This document shows positions 29,544 to 37,918 of a stretch of 37,918 nucleotides of DNA, in pieces. A program made the position numbers and the translations under genes. Origin of the DNA: Cyanophyceae cyanobacterium (GTDB lineage: Bacteria; Cyanobacteriota; Cyanobacteriia; Cyanobacteriales; JBHJGN01); the NCBI GenBank assembly GCA_050331735.1, contig JBHJGN010000035.1:1-37918 (forward strand). Reading direction: 5' to 3'. A model generated the notes under the pieces. It ran no database searches, was not told the DNA's origin, and was given only the letters and a program-made list of their open reading frames with translations. Numbering within the stretch: the stretch's first letter is position 1; each line of letters begins with the position of its first letter.

Positions 29544-29909
29544 ATTCCTGAGCAGCTCAGCCTGACAGTCAGCTTAAGAGGCACTCGCGAAGTCAGGGAA
29601 AAATACCAACTTATTCGCCTTACTGGCCTACTAGATGCCTTCTCCGAACCAGCATTTCGGAAGGTGATTGGCAACTGCATTGAGGAAGGACCAGCCAACG
29701 TTGTTTTAGTTCTCTCGCAGATAGATTTCATTGATAGTTCTGGTCTCGGAGCTTTAGTGCAGCTAGTGAAAAAAGCTCAAACCGCCAACGGAAGCTTGCA
29801 AGTCGTTACCAACCCTCGCGTGACGCAAACGGTTAAGCTTGTTCGTTTGGAGAAATTTCTCTCGCTACAGCCATCGGTAGAGGCGGCCATTGAAAATATT
29901 GAGAGTTGA
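29544..29909 (+). CDS. STAS-domain anti-sigma-factor antagonist, probable ATT start
   Basis: FIDSSGLGALV phospho-Ser motif. The frame stays open upstream of GTG 29664 (IPEQLSLTVSLRGTREVREKYQLIRLTGLLDAFSEPAFRK) to TAG at 29532; AGGAGG lies 5 nt before ATT 29544. Confidence 0.85.
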   Translation: MPEQLSLTVSLRGTREVREKYQLIRLTGLLDAFSEPAFRKVIGNCIEEGPANVVLVLSQIDFIDSSGLGALVQLVKKAQTANGSLQVVTNPRVTQTVKLVRLEKFLSLQPSVEAAIENIES

Positions 29910-30006
29910 GGGGGAGGAGGGGGTGACGTGATCAGCACCAATAGCGCGGCATGAATGCAGCCTTATTGCCTGTAAGGCCAACGCTCTCGCCAAGCAAGAG
30001 ACCCTC

Positions 30007-30450
30007 GTGAGTTCGCCCCCTGAGCCCCTGGGTCAGCCTGACGCTGACGCGAGACAGCCATCATGGAAACTTTGCCAGGACTGGCTTCAGGGGGGTAAAC
30101 AGAACCGACTGTCCCCCGCTTCTCTTGCCTATATCGGCGATGCCGTTTACGAGCTCCACGTCCGCACTTACTATCTTTTTCCTCCGAAAAGGATGGCTGA
30201 ATATCATCAACTGGTCGTCGCCCAAGTCCGAGCCGAAAACCAGGCTCAGTGTTTGCAAAGCCTTAAACCCTATCTCACAGAGCACGAGCAGGAGATTGTG
30301 CGGCGCGGTCGCAATGCCGCAGGCAAACGCCGTCATCTATCCCCAGAAGTATATCAGCAAGCGACTAGTTTTGAAACACTCTTGGGATATCTCTATCTTC
30401 AAGACCCGCAGCGCCTGAATCAGCTACTCGAGCACCTTAATCGTTGTTAA
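30007..30450 (+). CDS. mrnC: Mini-ribonuclease III
   Basis: [32 protein letters not shown]; immediately before rlmB. Start uncertain. Confidence 0.88.
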   Translation: MSSPPEPLGQPDADARQPSWKLCQDWLQGGKQNRLSPASLAYIGDAVYELHVRTYYLFPPKRMAEYHQLVVAQVRAENQAQCLQSLKPYLTEHEQEIVRRGRNAAGKRRHLSPEVYQQATSFETLLGYLYLQDPQRLNQLLEHLNRC

Positions 30451-30463
30451 CGCCCTAAGCACA

Positions 30464-31372
30464 ATGAGCGAGCCAAACCGCCGCCGAAGAGACAAACCAA
30501 AGCAAAAACCATTTAAAGGCAGCTCTCCTGCCTCCTCTTTTCGTCAAAAGCCGCATCGCTTGAGGCCGAAAAACTCTGACCAGGACACTCCAGAGTGGAA
30601 ACGCTCAGAGGATAGCGACCTGATTTATGGTCGTCATTCCGTTCTAGCGGCGCTCGCAGGCGGACGTCAACTGAACCGGGTTTGGATTACGTCCCGGCTG
30701 CGCTACGATCCCCGCTTTCATTCATTGCTCGAAGAAGCGAAGGCGAACGGGACGGTGATCGACGAGGTAGAAATTTATCGCCTGAATCAGCTGACCGAAG
30801 GAGCGACCCATCAAGGAGTGGCTGCTCAAGTTGCTCCCTACGACTATCAAGCTCTTGCTGATGTCATTCTAGCCGCGAAAGCTGCCACAGAATCTCCGGT
30901 GTTGGTGATTGCCGATGGCATTACCGACCCCCACAATTTAGGCGCCATTATTCGGACGGCAGAAGCGATGGGAGCGCAAGGAGTCGTTATTCCTCAAAGA
31001 CGGGCTGCTGGGGTAACGTCCACCGTCATGAAGGTAGCGGCGGGAGCCCTAGAGACCCTACCCATCGCTAGAGTTGTTAATCTGAGTCGTGCTTTAGAAG
31101 AGTTAAAGGAGGCGGGATTTTGGATTTATGGAACCGTTGCCGACAACGGTGCCCTGTTACACACCGTGGACTTTCGAGGAGCTGTTGGCCTGGTGATCGG
31201 TTCAGAAGGAGAGGGGGTTAGCTTGCTGACGCAGCGCTGCTGCGATCAGCTAGTGTCTATTCCTCTCCAAGGAAAAACTCCCAGTCTGAATGCTTCAGTG
31301 GCGGCGGCGATCGCTCTCTACGAAGTCTGTCGTCAGCGCTGGTCCAACAAGCTGGAGATCAAACTTCCGTAA
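30464..31372 (+). CDS. rlmB: 23S rRNA (G2251)-2'-O-methyltransferase
   Basis: [41 protein letters not shown]. Confidence 0.92.
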   Translation: MSEPNRRRRDKPKQKPFKGSSPASSFRQKPHRLRPKNSDQDTPEWKRSEDSDLIYGRHSVLAALAGGRQLNRVWITSRLRYDPRFHSLLEEAKANGTVIDEVEIYRLNQLTEGATHQGVAAQVAPYDYQALADVILAAKAATESPVLVIADGITDPHNLGAIIRTAEAMGAQGVVIPQRRAAGVTSTVMKVAAGALETLPIARVVNLSRALEELKEAGFWIYGTVADNGALLHTVDFRGAVGLVIGSEGEGVSLLTQRCCDQLVSIPLQGKTPSLNASVAAAIALYEVCRQRWSNKLEIKLP

Positions 31373-31380
31373 CCATAACA

Positions 31381-31420
31381 TTTTTGTAAAAAAATATTAA
31401 AAAATGTCAAAAAATCTAAC
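31381..31420 (-). promoter_or_regulatory. Four 10-bp-period HLR1-like (RpaB-type) direct repeats / phased A-tracts
   Basis: Minus strand GTTAGATTtt TTGACATTtt TTAATATTtt TTTACAAAaa versus consensus KTTACAWW-N2; candidate -10 TAGAAT at 31442-31447. Confidence 0.55.
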
Positions 31421-31483
31421 GTTCGATCTGGATTAAGAAGCTAGAATGGCATTCTGAGACGAGGGGCAAAATCGCAAACAACC

Positions 31484-31762
31484 ATGAAAGAACTACTAAT
31501 TGGCCTTCTGGATAACGTAGGCATTGCCTGTTGGGTAGAAATAATCACCGAAGTTCCGAGTTGTACCTACTATTTTGGTCCTTTTCTGACCAGGAAGGAA
31601 GCAGAACTCGCCCAAAGCGGATATATCGAAGACTTAGAAACTGAAGGTGCGCAGGGCATCCGGGCCACAGTTAAGCGCTGTAAACCCAGCCAGCTCACCA
31701 TTTTTGACGACGTGGAGGAGCCTGAGTTTAAGCCCCAGCCTTCCTGGAGCGGACAGGCCTAG
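31484..31762 (+). CDS. DUF1816 family protein
   Basis: WVEIITEVPSCTYYFGPF...GYIEDLETEGA...KRCKPSQLT. Confidence 0.85.
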   Translation: MKELLIGLLDNVGIACWVEIITEVPSCTYYFGPFLTRKEAELAQSGYIEDLETEGAQGIRATVKRCKPSQLTIFDDVEEPEFKPQPSWSGQA

Positions 31763-31816
31763 TCGGTACGAGAGTGGCCCCAGGCTATTGGCCAGGAAAG
31801 CCACCTTTTCTCCTCA

Positions 31817-32629
31817 TCAGCTCACTACCTCAGGGCGCGATTTAAGCCAGCGCTCGATATCCGAGCAAACCTGCTCGGGGATCTCCCAAGGAAACAAATG
31901 AGCAGTTTGAGGATAGCACTTCCAGTGGCAGTCTTGAAAATGCGCCGCCGTTTCTTGGCTGGAGGAGGCCGTAATGTGGCAATCCTTCGACCCAGCTAGA
32001 GCAAGGCAGGGAAGTGTCAGCTCTGGGAGAGCTTCAAGGCGATTATAGCCAGCCTTCAACGCTGTCGAGAGAGCCTGATGCGCCTGATGGGAAGTTTGAA
32101 GATAGGCTTGAATGCCGTCGGCCAAGTATCGGTAGGCAGTGGCAGACTGCTGGTGGAGAAGATAGCGAAACAGCGATCGCCGACCAAAAGTATCAATATT
32201 CCACTGCCATCCCGGATTGAGGACATTGAGAATCCCGGCAACTCCGGTATAGAGTAAGTCTTGCCAGCTTGTTGGCGGGTGGTCGCCGCGGGGGCGAGCA
32301 GCAGAAGCAATGAGAATCAGTCCGCTAAAGCGTTGCGGGTCAGCAAGGGCCATTTCCAGGGCGAGAATGCCGCCTAAAGACCATCCTAGCAAGAGGCAGC
32401 GCTCGACCTGAAGACAGTTCAGAAGCGCGGTGAGATCGCTAAGATGGTCACTCATGCAGAAGCTCCCCGCTGGTCGGCTTTGACCGTAACCGCGTAAATC
32501 GGGAGCAATGGTTTGGTATTCTTGGCACAGACGATTCGTAAAAACAGCCATGCTGGCCCCGGAGCCGGGATGACCATGTAAGCACAGGATCGGAAAGCCG
32601 TTACCCTTAATTTCAACGTTGAGCCGCAT
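31817..32629 (-). CDS. Alpha/beta fold hydrolase
   Basis: LHGHPG, PDLRGYG, GWSLGG nucleophile elbow, D in GSKDC, AHLFPWE. Confidence 0.9.
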   Translation of the reverse strand: MRLNVEIKGNGFPILCLHGHPGSGASMAVFTNRLCQEYQTIAPDLRGYGQSRPAGSFCMSDHLSDLTALLNCLQVERCLLLGWSLGGILALEMALADPQRFSGLILIASAARPRGDHPPTSWQDLLYTGVAGILNVLNPGWQWNIDTFGRRSLFRYLLHQQSATAYRYLADGIQAYLQTSHQAHQALSTALKAGYNRLEALPELTLPCLALAGSKDCHITASSSQETAAHFQDCHWKCYPQTAHLFPWEIPEQVCSDIERWLKSRPEVVS

Positions 32630-32788
32630 ATTAACAGAAGATGCCAGTTAGGGCTCAGCGGAGATAGCGACTGCCCATCAAGTCTGGCTACGAAGGTGTG
32701 ATAAATATTTATTATGGCAGAAGACATCAACAGACGGTGCTTCAGGACTGATAGCCCCAGACTGCTGCGGTCAACACTGGCATAAGGA

Positions 32789-33526
32789 ATGGCCGCGATG
32801 AATACAAGTTGGCTACGAAGCAAAAAATTTTGGCTGGTAGTTGTGGCAGTGGGTTTGGTCGCTCTACTCGGCAGCGTTTTACCGCTTGACACATGGATAG
32901 AAGCCATTAATCGCTGGCTAGAAACGCTGGGACTGTGGGCCATTCCTGCCTTTATTAGTCTTTACGTGTTTGCCAGTGTGTTAGGCTTCCCGAACATTGT
33001 GCTGATCTTGGTAGCGGGAACAGTGTTCGGTCTAGTCACCGGAATGGCTTCGGCTTCAGCCGCCGATACCTTGGGGGCGGTCGCCTGTTTTGCTCTTGGG
33101 CGAACCATTGCCCGCCAGCGCATCAAGAAATGGCTAGACAAAAATCCTGATTTTGCTCGTCTCGATCGCGCAGTAGGCGAGCAAGCTTGGAAAATTTTGC
33201 TGCTGAGTCGGCTGTCTCCTCTAATTCCCTCAAATATCCTTAATTATGGCTTTAGCTGTACCAAAGTGGGGTTTTGGCAGTACTTCCTGTTGACATGGCT
33301 CGGAATGCTTCCGGTGATTGCCTTCTATGTTTACCTAGGAGCTTTTGGCGTATCGCTCTTTGGTGGAGACAGCTCTCCTCAGCTATTGGCCTGGCGAGCG
33401 GCTGGGTTAGCGCTCGCTGTCGGGGTCGCGATCTATCTGACGCGACTAGCAAAGTCCGTCCTCTCTGAAGCTGAGGAGCCAGAATTAGCGTCGGAAAGTA
33501 TGGTTGACTCTAAGCGTGGTAACTAG
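32789..33526 (+). CDS. TVP38/TMEM64 (DedA superfamily) membrane protein
   Basis: AGTVFG, LLSRLSPLIPSNILNYGFS, TWLGMLP. Confidence 0.88.
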   Translation: MAAMNTSWLRSKKFWLVVVAVGLVALLGSVLPLDTWIEAINRWLETLGLWAIPAFISLYVFASVLGFPNIVLILVAGTVFGLVTGMASASAADTLGAVACFALGRTIARQRIKKWLDKNPDFARLDRAVGEQAWKILLLSRLSPLIPSNILNYGFSCTKVGFWQYFLLTWLGMLPVIAFYVYLGAFGVSLFGGDSSPQLLAWRAAGLALAVGVAIYLTRLAKSVLSEAEEPELASESMVDSKRGN

Positions 33527-34445
33527 CCAGTGCGTTCCACTCTAGGGTATCGCCAATCTGCTGACCGTTATGGTAAGCCGCCAGCAGCACCTCGCTCGTT
33601 TTTCCCCAGGCAATCTTGCCAGTCGCGTCCAGGGCGATCGCTGCGAAGTCTCGGTGGCGTTCCTGAGATTCCTTCATCGTGCGCCGCATCGCCTCTTCCA
33701 GAGTGAGTCCATCCGTGGTTCTAATCACGATCCGCGCTGCCAAACACTCCTCGATAATATCTTCCCCGATGCCGGTGCAGCTTACCGCAGCTTGGCTGGT
33801 GGAGTAGTTGCCAGCAGGCATGGCTGAGTCACTCACTCGCCCAATCCGTTCTAACCCTTTGCCCCCCGTAGACGTGCCGACCGCTAACCGTCCCTGACTG
33901 TCGAGGGCCACCACCCCAATCGTTCCTCGTCGCGCTTCTTCGGGAACTAGTTCCTCTTCAGCAACGACTCCGGCCATTTCCTTGCTAAAGTTTTCCTGTC
34001 GCTGCTGAATCCATTCCTGGAGACGAAGATCAATGAGCGGGTCGTAGAGCGGAAATTTGAGTTCACGCAGGAGTTCCGCCGCACCGTAGTCGGAGAGCAC
34101 TCTATCTGGCTCTTCTTGAAGAGTCTGAGCAATTTTAATGGGATTCTTGACGCGAGAGACGTTAATCACGCCGCTGAAGCGCTGTCGCGACCCATCCATA
34201 AGTGCCGCACTCATGCGAATTTGGCCATCAGACTGAAGAACAGAACCCGTTCCGGCATTAAAACGGGGCTCATTTTCGAGTAGCTGACACCCGGCCAGCA
34301 CGGCTTCTACGGCACTCGCGTCGCTAGAGAGCAGATCGTAGACTTCTTGAACAATGGTATGGAGCGTTTCTCTAACGGCGCTCAGCGCTTTTTTCGCTTT
34401 TAAAGAGCTTCCGGCACCGCCGTGAATAATTAACTTGGGTTGCAA
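33510..34445 (-). CDS. iaaA: Isoaspartyl peptidase / plant-type L-asparaginase (Ntn hydrolase)
   Basis: IIHGGAG, FNAGTGS, autocleavage G|TIGVVA, TSTGG, GRVSDS, CTGIGE. TTG at 34445 (AGAGGA upstream) preferred over GTG 34484. Confidence 0.9.
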   Translation of the reverse strand: MQPKLIIHGGAGSSLKAKKALSAVRETLHTIVQEVYDLLSSDASAVEAVLAGCQLLENEPRFNAGTGSVLQSDGQIRMSAALMDGSRQRFSGVINVSRVKNPIKIAQTLQEEPDRVLSDYGAAELLRELKFPLYDPLIDLRLQEWIQQRQENFSKEMAGVVAEEELVPEEARRGTIGVVALDSQGRLAVGTSTGGKGLERIGRVSDSAMPAGNYSTSQAAVSCTGIGEDIIEECLAARIVIRTTDGLTLEEAMRRTMKESQERHRDFAAIALDATGKIAWGKTSEVLLAAYHNGQQIGDTLEWNALASYHA

Positions 34446-34540
34446 CCTGGAAAATCCTCTAACTTTAAATAATTTAATCTGCACCTAACAGATTATCAAG
34501 GATTGGACGAGCTGTGCTGGATCGAGCTGTTAGCTAATCG

Positions 34541-34702
34541 CTAAGAGCTAATCGCTGGATTCGACCGCCGCCGCCGACAGCGTTCTGAGCAATACTTGAC
34601 CTCATCCCAACACTGAGACCATTTTTTGCGCCAAGCGAAGGGACGACCACAAACCGGACAGATTTTAGTTGGGAAATTAGATTTAGAGCGCTGGCGTACC
34701 AT
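34541..34702 (-). CDS. DUF2256 family small Cys-rich protein (53 aa)
   Basis: Not in the ORF track; translated by hand: [53 protein letters not shown]. Confidence 0.9.
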   Translation of the reverse strand: MVRQRSKSNFPTKICPVCGRPFAWRKKWSQCWDEVKYCSERCRRRRSNPAISS

Positions 34703-34763
34703 CAACCGCTAATCCTGTACAGTACCGTTACAATGCTAATAGTTTTCTTAAGTAGCTTAAAGC

Positions 34764-35504
34764 ATGTTGTCTGAACTAGCCCGAATTCGCATTGTGCTAG
34801 TAGAACCAGCAGGCCCACTGAATGTCGGTTCTGTTGCGCGGGCGATGAAAAATATGGGGCTAACTCAGCTCGTGCTGGTGAATCCCCACTGCGACCCGGT
34901 AGGAGAGGAAGCGCGGAGAATGGCAGTACACGGACAAGAGATCTTAGCCACAGCAACGCAGGTGGCTACCCTATCAGAGGGCTTGGCTGGATGTCAGCGA
35001 GCGATCGCCACCACCGCCCGTCCTCGCGCGTCTACCTCCCTAGAATCGCCGCGAACCGCCCTCCCCTGGCTATTGACAACAGCAGGAGAATCTGCTCTAA
35101 TTTTTGGCCCTGAAGACCGAGGCTTAAGCAACCAAGAACTTAACTATGGACAACGTTTCATTGCCATTCCCGCAAATCCCGAGTATCCTTCACTTAATCT
35201 TGCCCAAGCTGTCGCTATCTGTGCTTACGAGCTATATCAGGCGTCTCGTCAGCTTACAGATGAACCTGAGAATGATACTGAGCAGTCGGCTTCTCTAGAA
35301 ATCTTGGAAGGGTACTACCAGCATCTAGAAAGCGTATTGCTGAAGATGGAATATCTGTATCCTCATACAGCCACCGCCAGAATGGAAAAACTGCGACGAA
35401 TTTACAATCGAGCTCATCTCTCTCGGGAGGAAGTCGCTTTGCTGAGGGGAATTGTCAGACAAACTAGCTGGGCTTTACAGTTTCTTCCTCAAAACAATGA
35501 GTAG
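34764..35504 (+). CDS. trmJ: TrmJ/LasT-family SPOUT RNA methyltransferase
   Basis: IRIVLVEP, NVGSVARAMKNMG, FGPEDRGLSN, YPSLNLAQAV. Confidence 0.85.
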   Translation: MLSELARIRIVLVEPAGPLNVGSVARAMKNMGLTQLVLVNPHCDPVGEEARRMAVHGQEILATATQVATLSEGLAGCQRAIATTARPRASTSLESPRTALPWLLTTAGESALIFGPEDRGLSNQELNYGQRFIAIPANPEYPSLNLAQAVAICAYELYQASRQLTDEPENDTEQSASLEILEGYYQHLESVLLKMEYLYPHTATARMEKLRRIYNRAHLSREEVALLRGIVRQTSWALQFLPQNNE

Positions 35505-35680
35505 ATAACTAGAGCCCAGTAATTAGCAAAGATATACTGAGACGAAACCAATGTAGCACTTGTAGAATACATACTGTAGTAGCTAGCATGACCTCCGAAA
35601 GAGGCAAGTTCCACGCCAGTAGCGCACCAAAAGAGGGAGCTATCAACGATTAACAATTAACAGTCATCCAAAGAAAGCCT

Positions 35681-37183
35681 ATGAATCCCCCTCGCTCCAG
35701 ACGCACTCAGTCCGCTTCTCGTTCATCTCGGCAGGAAGGGCGCTCGAATCAATCCAAATACCCTCATTTGTTTCCGGTAGAAACCACTGGTTCTCCTCAG
35801 CCTACTTCAGAATTGATGGAGGCAAAGGAAGCCCCGTTTCATAACGGGGGCTCTCCGACAGAGCTGGAGCAGCCAGCTTCGTTAAAGACTCATCGAGAAC
35901 AACGCCGAGCTACTCGTCGTCGTCGTTCTTCTCAACCGCAGGTCTCAAATCTAATCATTACCCGTCGCAGCAATTCTGGAGCCACCCCTCGTAGTCAGCT
36001 ACGGCAAAAGCCTTCTACAGGAAGAGTTGTCAATTTCAACGCCCCCAATGCTCAACATCACGCTTCTTCTGACCAAGATAACCAAAGCCGTGAGGTTCGG
36101 CATCACCGGGAAAATCGTGTGGTTGATTTTGGACGGACAGTTTTGCGGTTGCTAGTTTGCGGTGTCGGTTTAGGAGCGATCGCGGGTACGGTATTAGCAA
36201 AAATCGCTCCGACTCCCTCCACAGCCCCAGCCCAGAGCGAGTCTCAAGCGATTAGTCCGGTAGAAGACACCGAGGAACCGACTTCTCCTGGGTTAGAGCA
36301 AGAGATAACGGCTCTTCAAGAGAAGCTAGCTGCCTTGGTAGCCGAGTTTCCTGAGCTAGAGGCGGGAGCCTTCTTTGTGGATTTGGATAATGGAGCCTAT
36401 GTGGAGCTTGAAGGTACATCTTCCTTCGCGGCGGCGAGCACGATTAAAATACCTGTGCTGGTGGCCTTCTTCCAAGACGTTGCTGCTCAGAAGATTCGTC
36501 TCGATGAAATGATGACAATGAAGCCTGAGCTAATCGCTGGCGAATCGGGAGATATGCAGTACCAAGAGCCAGGAACCCAGTTTTCGGCACTGGAAACGGC
36601 CACAAAAATGATTACCATCAGCGACAATACGGCGACGAATATGCTGATCGAGCGCTTGGGAGGAGCGGAGGCGCTCAACCGCCGATTCCAGGAATGGGGA
36701 TTGCAAGACACCGCCATTCGCACTCCTTTACCAGATTTAGAGGGAACGAATACGACCAGTCCTCGGGATCTCGCCCAGTTACTGACTTTGGTGGAGCAAG
36801 GGAAACTGGTATCGGGGCGATCGCGCGATCGTTTGCTCCACATCATGCAGGGAACGGTAACAAAAACTCTGCTGCCTCAAGGACTGGAAAAAGAAGCCCT
36901 AATTGCTCACAAAACCGGGGATATTGGCACCGTAATTGGCGATGCCGGGATTATTGATATGCCCAGCGGCAAGCGCTATGTGGCGACAGTGTTAGTCAAG
37001 CGTCCTCACAACGATCCCCAAGCCAGAACGCTTATTCAAGCGATGTCTAAGACGGTGTACCAGCACCTGAAGTGGTATCAGCCGCGTCCGTTTACCGAAG
37101 AGGCGGAGAGCAGTGAGCCGTTAGACAGTGAACAGTCAGACAGTGAACAGTCAGACAGTGAGCAGTTAGATAGGGATCAGTGA
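35681..37183 (+). CDS. Membrane-anchored serine hydrolase, class A beta-lactamase fold (cyanobacterial PBP-A-like)
   Basis: SxxK (STIK), SDN, KTG; LPDLEGTNTTSP loop; about 150-aa low-complexity N-terminus plus one TM helix. Start uncertain. Confidence 0.88.
   Translation: MNPPRSRRTQSASRSSRQEGRSNQSKYPHLFPVETTGSPQPTSELMEAKEAPFHNGGSPTELEQPASLKTHREQRRATRRRRSSQPQVSNLIITRRSNSGATPRSQLRQKPSTGRVVNFNAPNAQHHASSDQDNQSREVRHHRENRVVDFGRTVLRLLVCGVGLGAIAGTVLAKIAPTPSTAPAQSESQAISPVEDTEEPTSPGLEQEITALQEKLAALVAEFPELEAGAFFVDLDNGAYVELEGTSSFAAASTIKIPVLVAFFQDVAAQKIRLDEMMTMKPELIAGESGDMQYQEPGTQFSALETATKMITISDNTATNMLIERLGGAEALNRRFQEWGLQDTAIRTPLPDLEGTNTTSPRDLAQLLTLVEQGKLVSGRSRDRLLHIMQGTVTKTLLPQGLEKEALIAHKTGDIGTVIGDAGIIDMPSGKRYVATVLVKRPHNDPQARTLIQAMSKTVYQHLKWYQPRPFTEEAESSEPLDSEQSDSEQSDSEQLDRDQ
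37112..37171 (+). repeat. In-frame 15-bp tandem repeat, four units
   Basis: AGTGAGCCGTTAGAC AGTGAACAGTCAGAC AGTGAACAGTCAGAC AGTGAGCAGTTAGAT, encoding SEPLD SEQSD SEQSD SEQLD. Confidence 0.9.
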
Positions 37184-37204
37184 CCAGTGACCAGGAGAAA
37201 TCGA

Positions 37205-37543
37205 GTGAGTGCTGTCACGCTGAATTTACCATCGACGCTCAAGCTAAACGACGAACAGTTTGAGCAGTTAGCGGCGGCAAACCGTGAGGTATGCCTGGAG
37301 CTAACGGCAAACGGGGAATTAGTGATTGTGCCGCCGACTGGAGGAGAAACAGGCAACCAAAACTTTGAGCTAACAGGACAGCTTTGGAGTTGGAATCGTC
37401 GGTATGGTTTCGGAAAAGCGTGGGATTCTTCAACAGGGTTTCGGCTTCCTAATGGTGCCACTCGATCGCCGGATGTGAGCTGGCTTAGGCTAGAACGATG
37501 GGAAGCGCTGACACAGATACAGCGAAAGGCGATTTGGCAATAG
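37205..37543 (+). pseudogene. Uma2-family endonuclease-like gene, 3' truncated
   Basis: LELTANGELVIVPPTGGETG, DSSTGFRLPNGATRSPDVSW, then ...QRK|AIWQ*. The usual C-terminal half (F.P..PDF..EL.S onward) is absent. Confidence 0.8.
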
Positions 37544-37857
37544 AACAGAGCCGAGCCGATTTGGATCGTTTTGCCGCTTACGTTTCAGGTGGGGGGTCGT
37601 TTGAAACTGAACTGTCAGCGTTCGGCATCAAATTAATTTGCTTCTAAATTGCTCACACTCATCCAGCAGCACGTTAAGCTCCGCAGCAACTTTCCAAGGA
37701 TTGCGACCTTTAAAAGCAGCAGCGATAACAGCTTCATGAAGATTTTTGCCAGTTTGCTTGACGGCGGCGATCGCTGCTTATACCATTTACCGAAAGTAGT
37801 CAGATAGTTCCCAAACTAACCAACAATTGGAGGTTCAAGGGCAAAGAGCTGCTGTGC

Positions 37858-37891
37858 TTCCCTTTCCCCTTTACCCCTTCCCCTTTCCCCC
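37858..37891. repeat. TTCCCCY heptamer tandem repeat
   Basis: TTCCCT TTCCCCT TTACCCC TTCCCCT TTCCCCC; same family as 17554-17620. Confidence 0.7.
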
Positions 37892-37918
37892 AACTCATCA
37901 AGTCTCCTATTACTTTTT

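Larger units (their letters stand above)
1450..37775. repeat. Dispersed HIP1 octamer GCGATCGC
   Basis: About 27 copies counted by eye (e.g. 1450, 3119, 7433, 15361, 25731, 37768), far above chance for an 8-mer in 38 kb. Confidence 0.92.

Noticed and set aside
35553..35575. NtcA site upstream of the serine hydrolase
   Set aside because: GTA/TAC spacing is not N8; the same applies to the candidate at 34717-34731 (N9).
37112..37171. Possible mini CRISPR array
   Set aside because: 15-bp units abut without spacers, are in frame within a CDS, and no cas genes are present.
35681..37183. Beta-lactam resistance gene
   Set aside because: The omega-loop region reads LPDLEG without the ExxLN motif of class A beta-lactamases; it fits the PBP-A type.
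1180..37461. Numerous antisense or alternate-frame ORFs in the track (e.g. 1180-1593, 9313-9756, 15101-15541, 22497-22982, 32452-32943)
   Set aside because: They shadow well-supported genes and show no recognisable motifs.

Overview
Cyanobacterial chromosome segment (about 27 HIP1 GCGATCGC octamers counted by eye; bicA, gap2 and crtW present), made up almost entirely of housekeeping genes. Left end: a bicA-nhaS3-mrpC-mrpD bicarbonate/Na+ operon with a perfect ATAG-N8-CTAT CcmR/NdhR-type box, then a DUF6176-like gene, crtW and a Kef-type antiporter. The rest holds argG, a carotenoid oxygenase, a CNNM/CBS protein, gloA, lepA, tsaE, yvcK, ruvC, gap2, murC-murB-ybaB, pentapeptide-cutA-sdhA-GNAT-MATE, carA-STAS-miniIII-rlmB-DUF1816, an alpha/beta hydrolase, DedA, isoaspartyl peptidase plus DUF2256, trmJ, a PBP-A-like serine hydrolase and a truncated Uma2 gene. 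I found no CRISPR array, transposase, tRNA/rRNA, prophage or defence island, and I cannot support a wholly new multi-gene system. The most notable items are small-scale: a STAS gene that appears to start at ATT, a four-unit HLR1-like array before DUF1816, heptamer-built inverted repeats at convergent gene junctions, a 132-bp inverted-repeat element before ruvC, a hairpin-containing in-frame insertion in RuvC, and two genes missing from the ORF track (mrpD fragment, DUF2256). All family assignments come from motif recognition, not database searches.
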